Below are positions 27,153 to 36,329 of a stretch of DNA of 45,750 nucleotides, in pieces. Numbering within the stretch: the first letter of the stretch is position 1; each line of letters opens with the position of its first letter. The notes under the pieces were generated by a model. The model was given only the letters and a program-made list of their open reading frames with translations, had not been told where the DNA came from and did no database searches. Made by a program: the position numbers and the translations under genes. Origin of the DNA: an uncultured Eubacteriales bacterium (GTDB taxonomy: Bacteria > Bacillota > Clostridia > UMGS1810); assembly GCA_900555295.1 (NCBI GenBank), contig USKN01000001.1, forward strand, positions 1-45,750. Reading direction: 5' to 3'.

Positions 27153-29090
27153 TTAGTTATTAAGCGCTTGTTTTGTAAAGTCCAACAATCCGCCGGCCTT
27201 AATAATTTGTTTTGCGCGTTCGCTCAAATCGCATACGCACTCAATTTTTTCTCCGTTTGTTTTGTTTTCCAAAACAATGTCTTTGCCGTTTTCTATGCAA
27301 TCGTCAAGATTATCAAGGCATAAACTGTCGCCGAGATTAATTTTGTCGTAATCGCTTTCGTTTTTAAATGTAAGCGGAAGTATTCCGGCATTTATAAGGT
27401 TTGAACGGTGTATTCTTGCAAAAGATTTTACAACAACCGCTTTAACACCGAGATAAAGAGGTGCAAGCGCGGCATGTTCTCTTGACGAACCCTGTCCGTA
27501 ATTTACTCCGCCGACTATTATACTTTTGCCGAGCTTTTTGGCTCTTGCGGGGAAATCGGTATCGCATACCGTAAAGCAATACTCGCTTATTGCAGGTATA
27601 TTTGAACGTAAAGGAAGTATTTTTGCACCTGCCGGCATAATATGGTCGGTTGTTATATTGTCACCGCATTTAAGCGAACACTCGCACTCGATTTTGTTTT
27701 CAAGCTCGCTTGTTTGGGGATAAGGTTTAATGTTGGGTCCGCGCAGAATTTCAACCTTATCGGCATCCTTTTCGTCCGCCGGAGGTACTATCATATTATC
27801 GTTGATTGTAAATTCTTTCGGTATTTTAAATTCGGGCATTTCGCCTATATCACGCGGGTCTGTAAGATATCCGTTTACCGCCGATATTGCCGCAAGTTCG
27901 GGCGATACCAAATAAATCTGTCCGTCTTTTGTTCCGCTTCTGCCCTCAAAGTTACGGTTAAATGTTCTAAGCGATATTCCCTTTGAGTTTGGCGACTGCC
28001 CCATACCTATACAAGGACCGCAAGCGCTTTCGAGTATTCTTGCGCCCGCGTCTATCATTATAGCAAGCGCACCGTTTTCGGCAAGCATATTAAGAACTTG
28101 CTTTGAACCCGGGGCAATTGCAAGCGATACGTCGGGGTGTACGGTTTTGCCTTTTAAAATATGCGCAACTTTTAACATATCGGTAAGCGAACTGTTTGTG
28201 CAGGAACCTATACATACCTGGTCTATTTTCATATTTTTAAGCTCGCTTGCACGTTTTACGTTATCGGGCGAATGAGGACATGCAACAAGCGGTTCAAGAT
28301 TTGAAAGGTCAATATCTATCTGCTCATCATACACAGCGTCATCATCTGCCGCAAGCGGCTGCCATACATCGCCGCGTTTTTGCGCCGTTAAAAATTCTTT
28401 TGTAACTTCGTCGGACGGGAAAATTGAAGTAGTTGCTCCAAGCTCCGCACCCATATTTGTAATTGTGGCACGTTCGGGCACCGAAAGAGTTTTTACACCC
28501 TCGCCGCAATACTCCATAACCTTGCCCACTCCGCCTTTAACGCTTATTCTTCTCAACACTTCCAAAATAACGTCTTTAGCCGAAACCCAAGGATTTAATT
28601 TACCCGTTAAATTAACTTTAACAATTTTGGGATATGTTATATAATATGCTCCTCCGCCCATTGCAACGGCAACATCAAGTCCGCCTGCGCCTATGGCGAT
28701 CATACCCAAGCCGCCGCCTGTAGGCGTATGGCTGTCTGAACCAATTAATGTTTTACCCGGCACACCGAAACGTTCAAGGTGAACCTGGTGGCAAATTCCG
28801 TTACCCGGTCTTGAAAAATATATGCCGTGTTTTTTTGCCACAGAGCCTATAAAACGGTGGTCGTCGGCATTTTCAAATCCCGACTGAAGTGTATTATGAT
28901 CTATATATGCAACCGAACGTTCGGTTCTAACGCGGGGTATTCCCATTGCCTCAAATTCAAGATATGCCATTGTCCCTGTAGCGTCTTGAGTAAGAGTTTG
29001 ATCTATTCGTATTCCTATTTCATTTCCTTTTTTAAACTCGCCGTCAACTACGTGAGCTTTTAAAATTTTTTCTGTAAGTGTTAAACCCAT
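27153..29090 (-). CDS. Aconitate hydratase
   Basis: ORF 27153..29144, trimmed to the ATG at 29090 (MGLTLTEKILKAHV), which has GGGAGG upstream. Fe-S ligand motifs are GSDSHT, IGSCTNSS and CGPCIGMGQ. A swivel domain follows. Confidence 0.9.
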   Translation of the reverse strand: MGLTLTEKILKAHVVDGEFKKGNEIGIRIDQTLTQDATGTMAYLEFEAMGIPRVRTERSVAYIDHNTLQSGFENADDHRFIGSVAKKHGIYFSRPGNGICHQVHLERFGVPGKTLIGSDSHTPTGGGLGMIAIGAGGLDVAVAMGGGAYYITYPKIVKVNLTGKLNPWVSAKDVILEVLRRISVKGGVGKVMEYCGEGVKTLSVPERATITNMGAELGATTSIFPSDEVTKEFLTAQKRGDVWQPLAADDDAVYDEQIDIDLSNLEPLVACPHSPDNVKRASELKNMKIDQVCIGSCTNSSLTDMLKVAHILKGKTVHPDVSLAIAPGSKQVLNMLAENGALAIMIDAGARILESACGPCIGMGQSPNSKGISLRTFNRNFEGRSGTKDGQIYLVSPELAAISAVNGYLTDPRDIGEMPEFKIPKEFTINDNMIVPPADEKDADKVEILRGPNIKPYPQTSELENKIECECSLKCGDNITTDHIMPAGAKILPLRSNIPAISEYCFTVCDTDFPARAKKLGKSIIVGGVNYGQGSSREHAALAPLYLGVKAVVVKSFARIHRSNLINAGILPLTFKNESDYDKINLGDSLCLDNLDDCIENGKDIVLENKTNGEKIECVCDLSERAKQIIKAGGLLDFTKQALNN

Positions 29091-29143
29091 TTTATTATTC
29101 CTCCCAATAAATTCTACCGACGGATAATAAACCGTTTTATACA

Positions 29144-29173
29144 ATAATACTACCTTTATATACGTTTTGTCAA
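29144..29173 (-). promoter_or_regulatory. Candidate promoter of the aconitase-icd operon
   Basis: On the minus strand: TTGACA (29173-29168), an 18-nt spacer, TATTAT (29149-29144). An imperfect 23-nt dyad lies directly upstream at 29176-29198. Confidence 0.45.
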
Positions 29174-29213
29174 TATGAACATATAAATGTTATATTCATT
29201 TCACAGTTAAATT

Positions 29214-30409
29214 TTAATTTTTTTCGTATATTTTATTTATATTTCGCTCTAAAAACTTAATACAAACAAGCATTACGGAAGGAAAAACAACTGCGCACAA
29301 AAGCCCTGCCTTAATGGGCGACGAATTAAGCGTTAAAAACGACGCACCCACAGATACCGTTTCGGGACCCAAAAAACAGCCTATATCTCCAAACATAGCA
29401 AGTATGGCAAAAAGCGAAGCGCCCGCCCCGGGCATAACCGATGACGAAAGGCTTAAAATGCCCGGCCACATAAGCCCTACCGACATACCGCACATTGCAC
29501 AGCCCAAAAGCCCCATAACGGGGTTGGGAATTAATGTTGCCGTACCGTAGCCTATAACGCACAAAACCGCGCTGTACTTTAAAAATTTTATTAAATTTAA
29601 ATTTGCTCCGAATTTGGCATAAAATACCCTTGAAAGCCCCATAAAAAGCGCAAACATACAAGGCCCGAGCAAATCTCCGACTGTTTTTGAAACTTTAAGT
29701 CCCGTTTCGGCAAAATACGACGCCCATTGCGACATACCGAGTTCCGACGCACCCGAGCATACCATAAGAAGTGCAAACAATAAAAATGCCTTGCTTTTTA
29801 TAAGTTTGGACATTTTAAGCTCATCGGATTTTGAACTGTCAAGCGTATATATAGGCGCACCTATAAACGATATTGCGGTACATACGGGAACAATTGCCCA
29901 CAAGGCTGCAAGATAATGCCACTTTTGTATACCGAAAACCGAAAAAAACAGTGTGCTCGACAACACCGTAAGCATTTGCCCCCAGCAATAAAAGGAATGC
30001 ATAAGGCTCATTACCGTATCTTTGTTTTTTGTGGGCAGCGCCTCGGTCATAGGACTTACAATAACCTCTATCATACCCGAACCCATTGCGTAAAAGACAA
30101 CCGCAACGGTTAATGACAGGAGTTTGTTTGCCATAACCGCAGGCAGCACCGCAAGGCTGACGCGCACAGCGCCGTTATTATTATTTTGCGATAGTTGAAT
30201 TTATCGGCAATTTTTGAGCCGAGCCAATCCACAAACATTTGTATTATAAAATTAAGCGATACAAGAAACCCGAGCTGTGCCGTTGTAATTTTATAAACCG
30301 TTTGAAACGTAAAAAACAAAAGCGGTACAAAGTTGTTTATTACCGCGCTTGTTATATATGCCGCAAAACAGCTGTATAATGTGTGTTTGTAATTGCTTTT
30401 GCCTGCCAT
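29214..30409 (-). pseudogene. MFS transporter interrupted by a frameshift
   Basis: ORFs 30110..30424 (MAGKSNYKHTLYSCFAAYITSAVINNFVPLLFF...KFNYRKIIITALCA) and 29214..30167 (VSLAVLPAVMANKLLSLTVAVVFYAMGSG...) are the consecutive N- and C-terminal parts of one 12-TM type transporter. They lie in frames offset by 1 nt and overlap at 30110-30167. Confidence 0.7.
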
Positions 30410-30515
30410 AATTATGTCCCCCATTCATAATACTGATATTTTACATTAATATATAAATTAAGTCAAGATGTTTTTACAAAAATCAATATTGTGCAAATAA
30501 ATGTCAAAATTATTG

Positions 30516-30543
30516 TTGACATCCGATTTATAGCTGATATAAT
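30516..30543 (+). promoter_or_regulatory. Strong sigma-A-type promoter of the TIM-barrel/oxidoreductase pair
   Basis: TTGACA (30516-30521), a 16-nt spacer ending in TGA, then TATAAT (30538-30543), giving an extended -10. Confidence 0.55.
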
Positions 30544-30586
30544 ATAAATAACTTATTAAATAACAATATACGGAGGTATACATATT

Positions 30587-31555
30587 ATGGAATTAGCGGT
30601 AATGTCACCCGTTTTAAATCAAATGGGACTTGAAAAAGCATTAAGATATTTGTCAACGCTCGGCGTTGACAGTGTAGAGCTCGGCGTGGGCGGATATCCC
30701 GGAAAAGTATTGTGCGATGCCAAAGATTTTTTAGATAATCCCGAAAAAATCAATAATTTGCAAAATCTGCTCAAAGAAATCAACTTGAAAATATGTGCGC
30801 TTGCGGCACACGGCAATTATATTCACCCCAACAAAGAAATTGCGTCTCAATATGAAGAAGATTTGGATAATGCAATTTTACTTGCCGAAAAAATGGGCAT
30901 TGACACAATTATAGGTTTTTCGGGCTGCCCGGGCGACTGCCCCGACAGCAAATACCCCAATTGGGTTACCTGCCCCTGGCCTCAAGACTTTTTACAAATT
31001 CTTGAATGGCAATGGAACGAAGTACTTATTCCGTTTTGGAAAAACAAAGTTGAATTTGCAAAACAACACGGCATTAAAAAAATTGCGCTTGAAATGCACC
31101 CCGGATTTATGGTGTACAACCCCGAAACACTTTTAAAACTGCGTGCGGCGGTTGGCGATATAATAGGCGCAAACTTTGACCCGAGCCATCTTTTCTGGCA
31201 GGGAATAAAGCCTGCCGAGGCAATTAAAAAGCTCGGTAAAGAAAATGCCATTTATCATTTCCACGCAAAAGATACAAAAATTGATGTAAATACGCAGGTA
31301 AACGGAGTTCTCGACACAAAGAGCTACGGTGATACACTTAACCGTTCGTGGGTATTCAGAACCGTTGGATACGGTCACTCAAAAAGTGAATGGAACGATA
31401 TGATAAGCACACTTCAAATGGTTGGATATAACGGTGCAATAAGCATTGAACACGAAGACGGACTTATGAGTCCAAAAGAGGGTCTTGAAAAAGCCATTGC
31501 GTTTTTAAAAGAAGTTTTAATATACGAGAAAGCAGGCGAAATGTGGTGGGCGTAA
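30587..31555 (+). CDS. Sugar phosphate isomerase/epimerase family protein (xylose isomerase-like TIM barrel)
   Basis: 322 aa. VELGVGGYPG, ALEMHPG, NFDPSHLFWQG and SIEHED are the typical metal and barrel motifs of the AP_endonuc_2 / xylose isomerase-like fold. GGAGG RBS. Confidence 0.85.
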   Translation: MELAVMSPVLNQMGLEKALRYLSTLGVDSVELGVGGYPGKVLCDAKDFLDNPEKINNLQNLLKEINLKICALAAHGNYIHPNKEIASQYEEDLDNAILLAEKMGIDTIIGFSGCPGDCPDSKYPNWVTCPWPQDFLQILEWQWNEVLIPFWKNKVEFAKQHGIKKIALEMHPGFMVYNPETLLKLRAAVGDIIGANFDPSHLFWQGIKPAEAIKKLGKENAIYHFHAKDTKIDVNTQVNGVLDTKSYGDTLNRSWVFRTVGYGHSKSEWNDMISTLQMVGYNGAISIEHEDGLMSPKEGLEKAIAFLKEVLIYEKAGEMWWA

Positions 31556-32619
31556 ACACAAAAATATACAATCTCGGAATAATAGGTTTCGGCGGTATGG
31601 CGGGCAATCACGTAAAACAGCTGTCAAAAGGTAATGTCCCCGTTAAAATAAAGGGTGTGTACGATATAAACGACGCGCGTCTTACTGCGGCAAAAGAAAT
31701 GGGCTTTACCGCATACCCGTCAAAAGAAGCATTGTTTGCCGACAGCGATATTGACATTGTGCTTGTTGCAACAACAAATGAAGTACATAAAGAACTTGCA
31801 ATTGAGGCGCTAAAATCAGGTAAACACGTTATATGCGAAAAACCCGTAACCATAACTCACACCGAACTTGAAGAAATTATAGATACCGCAAAAAAATGCA
31901 ATAAGATATTTACAATAGACCAAAACAGACGTTTTAACCGTGATTTTATAAATGTTTGGAGAAATATAGACAAAGGACTTATAGGCAAGCCCTATGTAAT
32001 AGAATCGCGCGTTGAAGGCTCACGCGGTATGCCGACGGGCTGGAGAACTCTTAAAAGACTTGGCGGCGGTATGATGTTTGATTGGGGAGTTCACCTTATA
32101 GACCAAATGATGTATATGGTAAACGAAAAAGTTGTAAATGTATTTTGCAAAATGTATAAAATACAATACCCGGAAGTTGATGATAACTTCAGACTGACAA
32201 TGACATTTGAAAGCGGTCTTACGGCGCATATTGAAGTTTCCACAAACAACTTTATAACGCACCCCCGTTTTTACGTTCTCGGTACGCAAGGCACAATGAT
32301 TGTAACCGATTGGGACGGAACGGGACGTATTGTACGCAAAATTGCCGAAGATAATGAGTGGACGGACGAAATTGTTTATACAAAAGCAGGACCCACAAAA
32401 ACAATGGCGCCGCGCAATCCCGCGTCGATTGAAGAAATTGAATTAACCGAACCCAAAGATGTTGAAGATAATCTCGACCCTGTTTACCGTCAGCTTGTAA
32501 ATGCTATTGAGGGACAGGAACTTTTAATAAAACCCGAACAGGCATTAAGAGTTGTAAAGGTAATGGAGGCGGCATTTAAGTCCGCCGATGAGGGAATAGC
32601 GGTAAAAACCGATATTTAG
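31543..32619 (+). CDS. Gfo/Idh/MocA family oxidoreductase
   Basis: 358 aa. N-terminal Rossmann GIIGFGGMAGNH and the EKP motif (ICEKPV), followed by a C-terminal alpha/beta domain. GTG start overlaps the upstream stop. Confidence 0.88.
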   Translation: MVGVNTKIYNLGIIGFGGMAGNHVKQLSKGNVPVKIKGVYDINDARLTAAKEMGFTAYPSKEALFADSDIDIVLVATTNEVHKELAIEALKSGKHVICEKPVTITHTELEEIIDTAKKCNKIFTIDQNRRFNRDFINVWRNIDKGLIGKPYVIESRVEGSRGMPTGWRTLKRLGGGMMFDWGVHLIDQMMYMVNEKVVNVFCKMYKIQYPEVDDNFRLTMTFESGLTAHIEVSTNNFITHPRFYVLGTQGTMIVTDWDGTGRIVRKIAEDNEWTDEIVYTKAGPTKTMAPRNPASIEEIELTEPKDVEDNLDPVYRQLVNAIEGQELLIKPEQALRVVKVMEAAFKSADEGIAVKTDI

Positions 32620-32652
32620 TTGAACAGCATCTTAGGCAAAAAAATTAAATAT

Positions 32653-32722
32653 GGGACACCTTATTGAAATAATGTATTACAAATCCTACTTTTTTACATT
32701 TTTCGACAAGGTGTCCTTTTTT
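32653..32722 (+). terminator. Long-loop hairpin terminator after the oxidoreductase gene
   Basis: GGACACCTT (32654-32662) pairs with AAGGTGTCC (32708-32716), followed by TTTTTT. The ~45-nt loop contains an inner AATGTA/TACATT pairing. Confidence 0.45.
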
Positions 32723-32767
32723 ACGTACAGCTTATAATGTAAAATATGCTTATAGGAGATGATAAGT

Positions 32768-32881
32768 ATGTATTCATTATTAATTAATTTTTTGTTGGCA
32801 AGCGGATATGTTACGTTAATATCAATGATTATAGCAATTCCCGTATTAATACTTGAGAAAAAGTTAAATCCCGAGGTGTAA
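32768..32881 (+). CDS. Unannotated 37-aa hydrophobic peptide (candidate small membrane protein)
   Basis: Below the ORF-track size cut-off. AGGAG at 32754-32758 lies 9 nt before the ATG. Peptide is MYSLLINFLLASGYVTLISMIIAIPVLILEKKLNPEV*. A TATAAT sits at 32733-32738. Confidence 0.35.
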   Translation: MYSLLINFLLASGYVTLISMIIAIPVLILEKKLNPEV

Positions 32882-32918
32882 AAAAAGTATAAAAAACCAC
32901 AAATTTATGTATCGCCTC

Positions 32919-32947
32919 TTGAAAACCTACTAAATATATGTTATTAT
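32919..32947 (+). promoter_or_regulatory. Candidate promoter of the Rrf2 regulator gene
   Basis: TTGAAA (32919-32924), a 17-nt spacer ending in TGT, then TATTAT (32942-32947). Confidence 0.45.
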
Positions 32948-32973
32948 AGTAATATGAATTGAGGTGTGTATAA

Positions 32974-33411
32974 ATGAAAATTTCAACAAAAGGACGTTAT
33001 GCGGTAAGAATGCTTCTTGACCTTGCCGAGCACGGCGAAGGAAAATTTGTCGCACTTAAAGAAGTTGCCGAGCGTCAGGGTATATCAAAAAAATATTTGG
33101 AACAAATTGTTACCATACTTAATAAATCGGACATACTCATTACAAACAGAGGATTTCAAGGCGGGTACAAGCTTGCCCAATCCCCCGATAAACTTACTTT
33201 AGGTAAAATATTAAGACTTACCGAGGGCAGTCTGTCGCCCGTACCCTGCCTTGAACACACGCCAAACACTTGCGTACGCAGCAATACGTGCGCCACGCTG
33301 TATGTATGGCAAGGGTTATATGATGTAATAAACAATTACCTCGACGCAATAACCCTGCAAGATATTTTGGATAAACAAATACAAAGCTACTCAAACGACT
33401 ATACAATATAA
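32974..33411 (+). CDS. Rrf2 family transcriptional regulator (Cys-containing, IscR/CymR-like)
   Basis: 145 aa. MKISTKGRYAVRMLLDLA winged-helix N-terminus. Three clustered Cys residues (PCLEHTPNTCVRSNTC) are compatible with Fe-S ligation. Confidence 0.88.
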   Translation: MKISTKGRYAVRMLLDLAEHGEGKFVALKEVAERQGISKKYLEQIVTILNKSDILITNRGFQGGYKLAQSPDKLTLGKILRLTEGSLSPVPCLEHTPNTCVRSNTCATLYVWQGLYDVINNYLDAITLQDILDKQIQSYSNDYTI

Positions 33412-33615
33412 AACAATAAAACAAGTTATTTTGTAAAACAAATTAAAATATGAATTGTATATTGGCCAACCACAAAAAAATTATAAATCAAAGAGGTTTT
33501 TTTCTATTTCAACAAAATCGCTTGTGTGAGGATATTCCGCCATATCGGGGTGATGGACAAATGCGTCTTTTGCGTTATCTTTGTTTAAAGAAATTGCAGC
33601 AAGCATACAGCCGCT

Positions 33616-34230
33616 TTACCGTATTTGTTTTATATTTTCGTCCGAAAAATCACCGGTATATACAAAACACTTTGACGGATAATCTTTTACCGATTTTAAA
33701 GCCTCTTTTGTATAATTTTGCTTTGTGTCTATAAATTTAGCATCGGGATCTATAGTAAGAATTAAGTTTACAGCTTCTGCACCCGCACCGTTGGTTGCAT
33801 ATACGGTACGTCCCCTCATACCTGTCTGCACAACCAAATTTGCTATTTGCTCGGCGTGCTTTATTCCCTCTTTTAAATCTATGTTAATACACATTCCTTT
33901 TTTATATGCAATATCAAGTGTTTCTTTAAGAGTTGGAACTCTGTTTTTGTTTGCATTATTTTTAAGCAAACTTATTTCTCTGATATCAGAGTAATCGGTA
34001 TTTGCAATTATATACGTCACTTCATTGCCGTCTTTATTGTAACCCCTTATATCCGCATCGTGGTTTACAATCAAAACACCGTCTTTTGTCATTCTTGCGT
34101 CCGTTTCTATCATATCGGCGCCCTTTTGTGCGGCAAGCTCATATGCCGCCAATGTGTTAGAATGAATACCGTCGGTTACAAAACCCTGATGTGCCGAGGT
34201 TATCCATGTTTTTTTGCGTCTAAACATCAT
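33616..34230 (-). CDS. Glycerophosphodiester phosphodiesterase-like protein, divergent and possibly truncated by an in-frame stop
   Basis: 204 aa with the GDPD fold pattern AHQGF...NTLAAYELAAQKGADMIETDARMTKDGVLIVNHD...VPTLKETL...INIDLK. The same frame stays open for 44 more codons after the TAA (to 33481). See finding. Confidence 0.75.
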   Translation of the reverse strand: MMFRRKKTWITSAHQGFVTDGIHSNTLAAYELAAQKGADMIETDARMTKDGVLIVNHDADIRGYNKDGNEVTYIIANTDYSDIREISLLKNNANKNRVPTLKETLDIAYKKGMCINIDLKEGIKHAEQIANLVVQTGMRGRTVYATNGAGAEAVNLILTIDPDAKFIDTKQNYTKEALKSVKDYPSKCFVYTGDFSDENIKQIR

Positions 34231-34236
34231 TAATAG

Positions 34237-35037
34237 TCAATCTCCTTTAGCAAGTTTTATTTTTAATTCTTGTATATTTTTAAATATAAAATCGGGATAA
34301 ATTTTATACTTGTCAATATCGGCTGTTGTTCCCTCGCCGCTGAGTACAAATATTGTGCCGATTTTTGCATTTACTCCGCAGGCAATATCCGTGTAGAGCC
34401 TGTCACCCACAATAGCGGTTTCACTATTTTTAAAGCCCGTCATTTTCATTGCAAGTTCTGCCATTGCAGGTTCGGGTTTGCCTATAAACTGCGGTGTTTT
34501 TCCCGTTGCCCTTTCAAGCATTTTACTTACCGAGCCGCAGTCGGGTGCATAACCGTAATATGTGGGGCATACCCAATCGGGATTTGTGGCAATATATGCA
34601 ATATCTCTGTTTAAAAGTTTGCACGCGTCCTCAAGTTTTTTGTACGTAAGCTCGGTATCATATCCCATACACAAACAGTCAATACCGTCCGAAATTTCAT
34701 CGGTGATATTAAGTCCCGACATTGCAAGCTGCTGTTTAAATGATTTTGTGCCCAAAGCATATATTTTTTTAAAATTATCTTTTTTTAGTTTTACAACTGT
34801 TGCGTCCGTTGATGTCAAAAAATCGCTCCCGGTTGCATCAATTCCCATTTTTGCAAGTTTTTCAATGTATTTATCCACGCTTTTTGATGAATTGTTCGTT
34901 AAAAAAATATACCTTCCGCCTATACTTTTTACGTATTTGAGAAAATCAACCGTTCCGTCAAACAAATCGTTATCGAGATATATTGTGCCGTCCATATCCA
35001 GCAAAAATAATTTAAAATTTTCTAATTTGTTCATCAT
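34237..35037 (-). CDS. HAD-IIA family phosphatase (NagD/AraL type)
   Basis: 266 aa. Motif I LLDMDGTIY, TNNS, and motif IV GDRLYTDI. Confidence 0.85.
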   Translation of the reverse strand: MMNKLENFKLFLLDMDGTIYLDNDLFDGTVDFLKYVKSIGGRYIFLTNNSSKSVDKYIEKLAKMGIDATGSDFLTSTDATVVKLKKDNFKKIYALGTKSFKQQLAMSGLNITDEISDGIDCLCMGYDTELTYKKLEDACKLLNRDIAYIATNPDWVCPTYYGYAPDCGSVSKMLERATGKTPQFIGKPEPAMAELAMKMTGFKNSETAIVGDRLYTDIACGVNAKIGTIFVLSGEGTTADIDKYKIYPDFIFKNIQELKIKLAKGD

Positions 35038-35055
35038 TTGGTCTGCCTCACATTT

Positions 35056-36315
35056 TTAAAGACGGCAAAAAAGGCAATAGTAAAGCCAAAGCACCGAATA
35101 TCTGTCCTTTAAATCTTTGGCAAACCATTTTGCATTTTCAATTTTTTCTTTTCCGTACATTTTTTCAAAATTATTTATATCAAGCCCCACGCTTTCAAGG
35201 TATTTTTGAATTTCGTCAGCCTTTGGCGAATCGGACAGTATTTTGCGTATATTGTTCCACTTGCTTTTATACACTGTAATTTTATCCGATTTGTATACCC
35301 CCGCTTTATTTTGGAGCGCTATAACGCTGTCGGCGGCGATTGTGTAAACAGACTTAATTTTGCTCTCCCATTTTGTACGGTTAAACGGCTGTGCTTGCTT
35401 GGGAATATCAATTTTTAATATTTCTTCACGCATACGGCAAGTGCATAACGTTGAATATGCCACATCGGTACCGTGCATAAAATACGGTTCGTTGTTTAAA
35501 ATACCCACAATTTCAAAAAAGTGCGACATATGATGTTCACTTCCCGATGCCGGTCTGGAATTGCCGACATATGCCATAGCAATTCCCACACCCACAAGTG
35601 CCTCCATAAGTTTTTTTATTGCCTCGGGGTCACGTTTAACAAGCAAACTTCCGTCATTTTTAATACTGTCTGTCATTTGCATTGTTAAATTGTACACATA
35701 TTCACAAAAGTATTCGTTGTTTACTTCCGCCGCCAAACGCCAATCGTTAAGACACGACAGTTTGCCTATTATATCGCCGTACCCCGACTGAATCATTTCT
35801 ATCGGCGCATTTTTAAGCACATCCGTATCGGCTATTATAGCTTGCGGTACACGCGCGTCATACGTAACTTTCATATTACCCGTAATCATAGCCGCACCTG
35901 CCGACGCATACCCGTCCATTGACGGTGCGGTAGCCACTATAAAATACGGCAGATTTCTTTTAAAGCTTACGTATTTGCATAAATCCTGAATTACACCCGA
36001 ACCTACACCCAATACCAAATCATTTTTATCCGAAATTGCATTGTTAAGTCTTTCAATTGCGCTTTCGTCAGGTATTAATAAATCATCTTGAAAAATCAAA
36101 CTTGATGACAGTTTTTCTTTTAACCGTAACTGTACATCCTTTCCGCATACCTTGTACGTGTTTTTATCGGCTACAACAATAATGCTGTTATACTCCGATA
36201 CCAAATCATATATTTCGTTTATTGCCCCCTGTTTAATCACAACCTTTTTTATGTTACAGCTGTGTACCTTTCCACAATTACAATTTCGCCCTTTTAACAA
36301 TTTTGCAATGTTCAT
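35056..36315 (-). CDS. sn-Glycerol-1-phosphate dehydrogenase-like iron-containing alcohol dehydrogenase family protein (AraM/EgsA type)
   Basis: 419 aa. GVGSGVIQDLCKY nucleotide loop, TAPSMDGYAS, and metal site SGSEHHMSHFFE, as recalled for bacterial G1P dehydrogenases. AGGAGG RBS. Confidence 0.75.
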   Translation of the reverse strand: MNIAKLLKGRNCNCGKVHSCNIKKVVIKQGAINEIYDLVSEYNSIIVVADKNTYKVCGKDVQLRLKEKLSSSLIFQDDLLIPDESAIERLNNAISDKNDLVLGVGSGVIQDLCKYVSFKRNLPYFIVATAPSMDGYASAGAAMITGNMKVTYDARVPQAIIADTDVLKNAPIEMIQSGYGDIIGKLSCLNDWRLAAEVNNEYFCEYVYNLTMQMTDSIKNDGSLLVKRDPEAIKKLMEALVGVGIAMAYVGNSRPASGSEHHMSHFFEIVGILNNEPYFMHGTDVAYSTLCTCRMREEILKIDIPKQAQPFNRTKWESKIKSVYTIAADSVIALQNKAGVYKSDKITVYKSKWNNIRKILSDSPKADEIQKYLESVGLDINNFEKMYGKEKIENAKWFAKDLKDRYSVLWLYYCLFCRL

Positions 36316-36329
36316 AATATACCTCCTGT

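Noticed and set aside
33464-33473. TTGGCCAA palindrome between the Rrf2 and GDPD genes as a terminator or operator
   Set aside because: - It is an 8-bp palindrome with no loop and no T-run.
- It lies between convergent gene ends.
- It more likely occurred by chance.
33616-33618. In-frame TAA as evidence of a reassigned stop codon or programmed readthrough
   Set aside because: - TAA terminates many genes in this window at exactly the expected protein length, for example rpsT, the PTE gene and mreD.
- No recoding signal is visible.
- A nonsense mutation or a genuine truncation is simpler.
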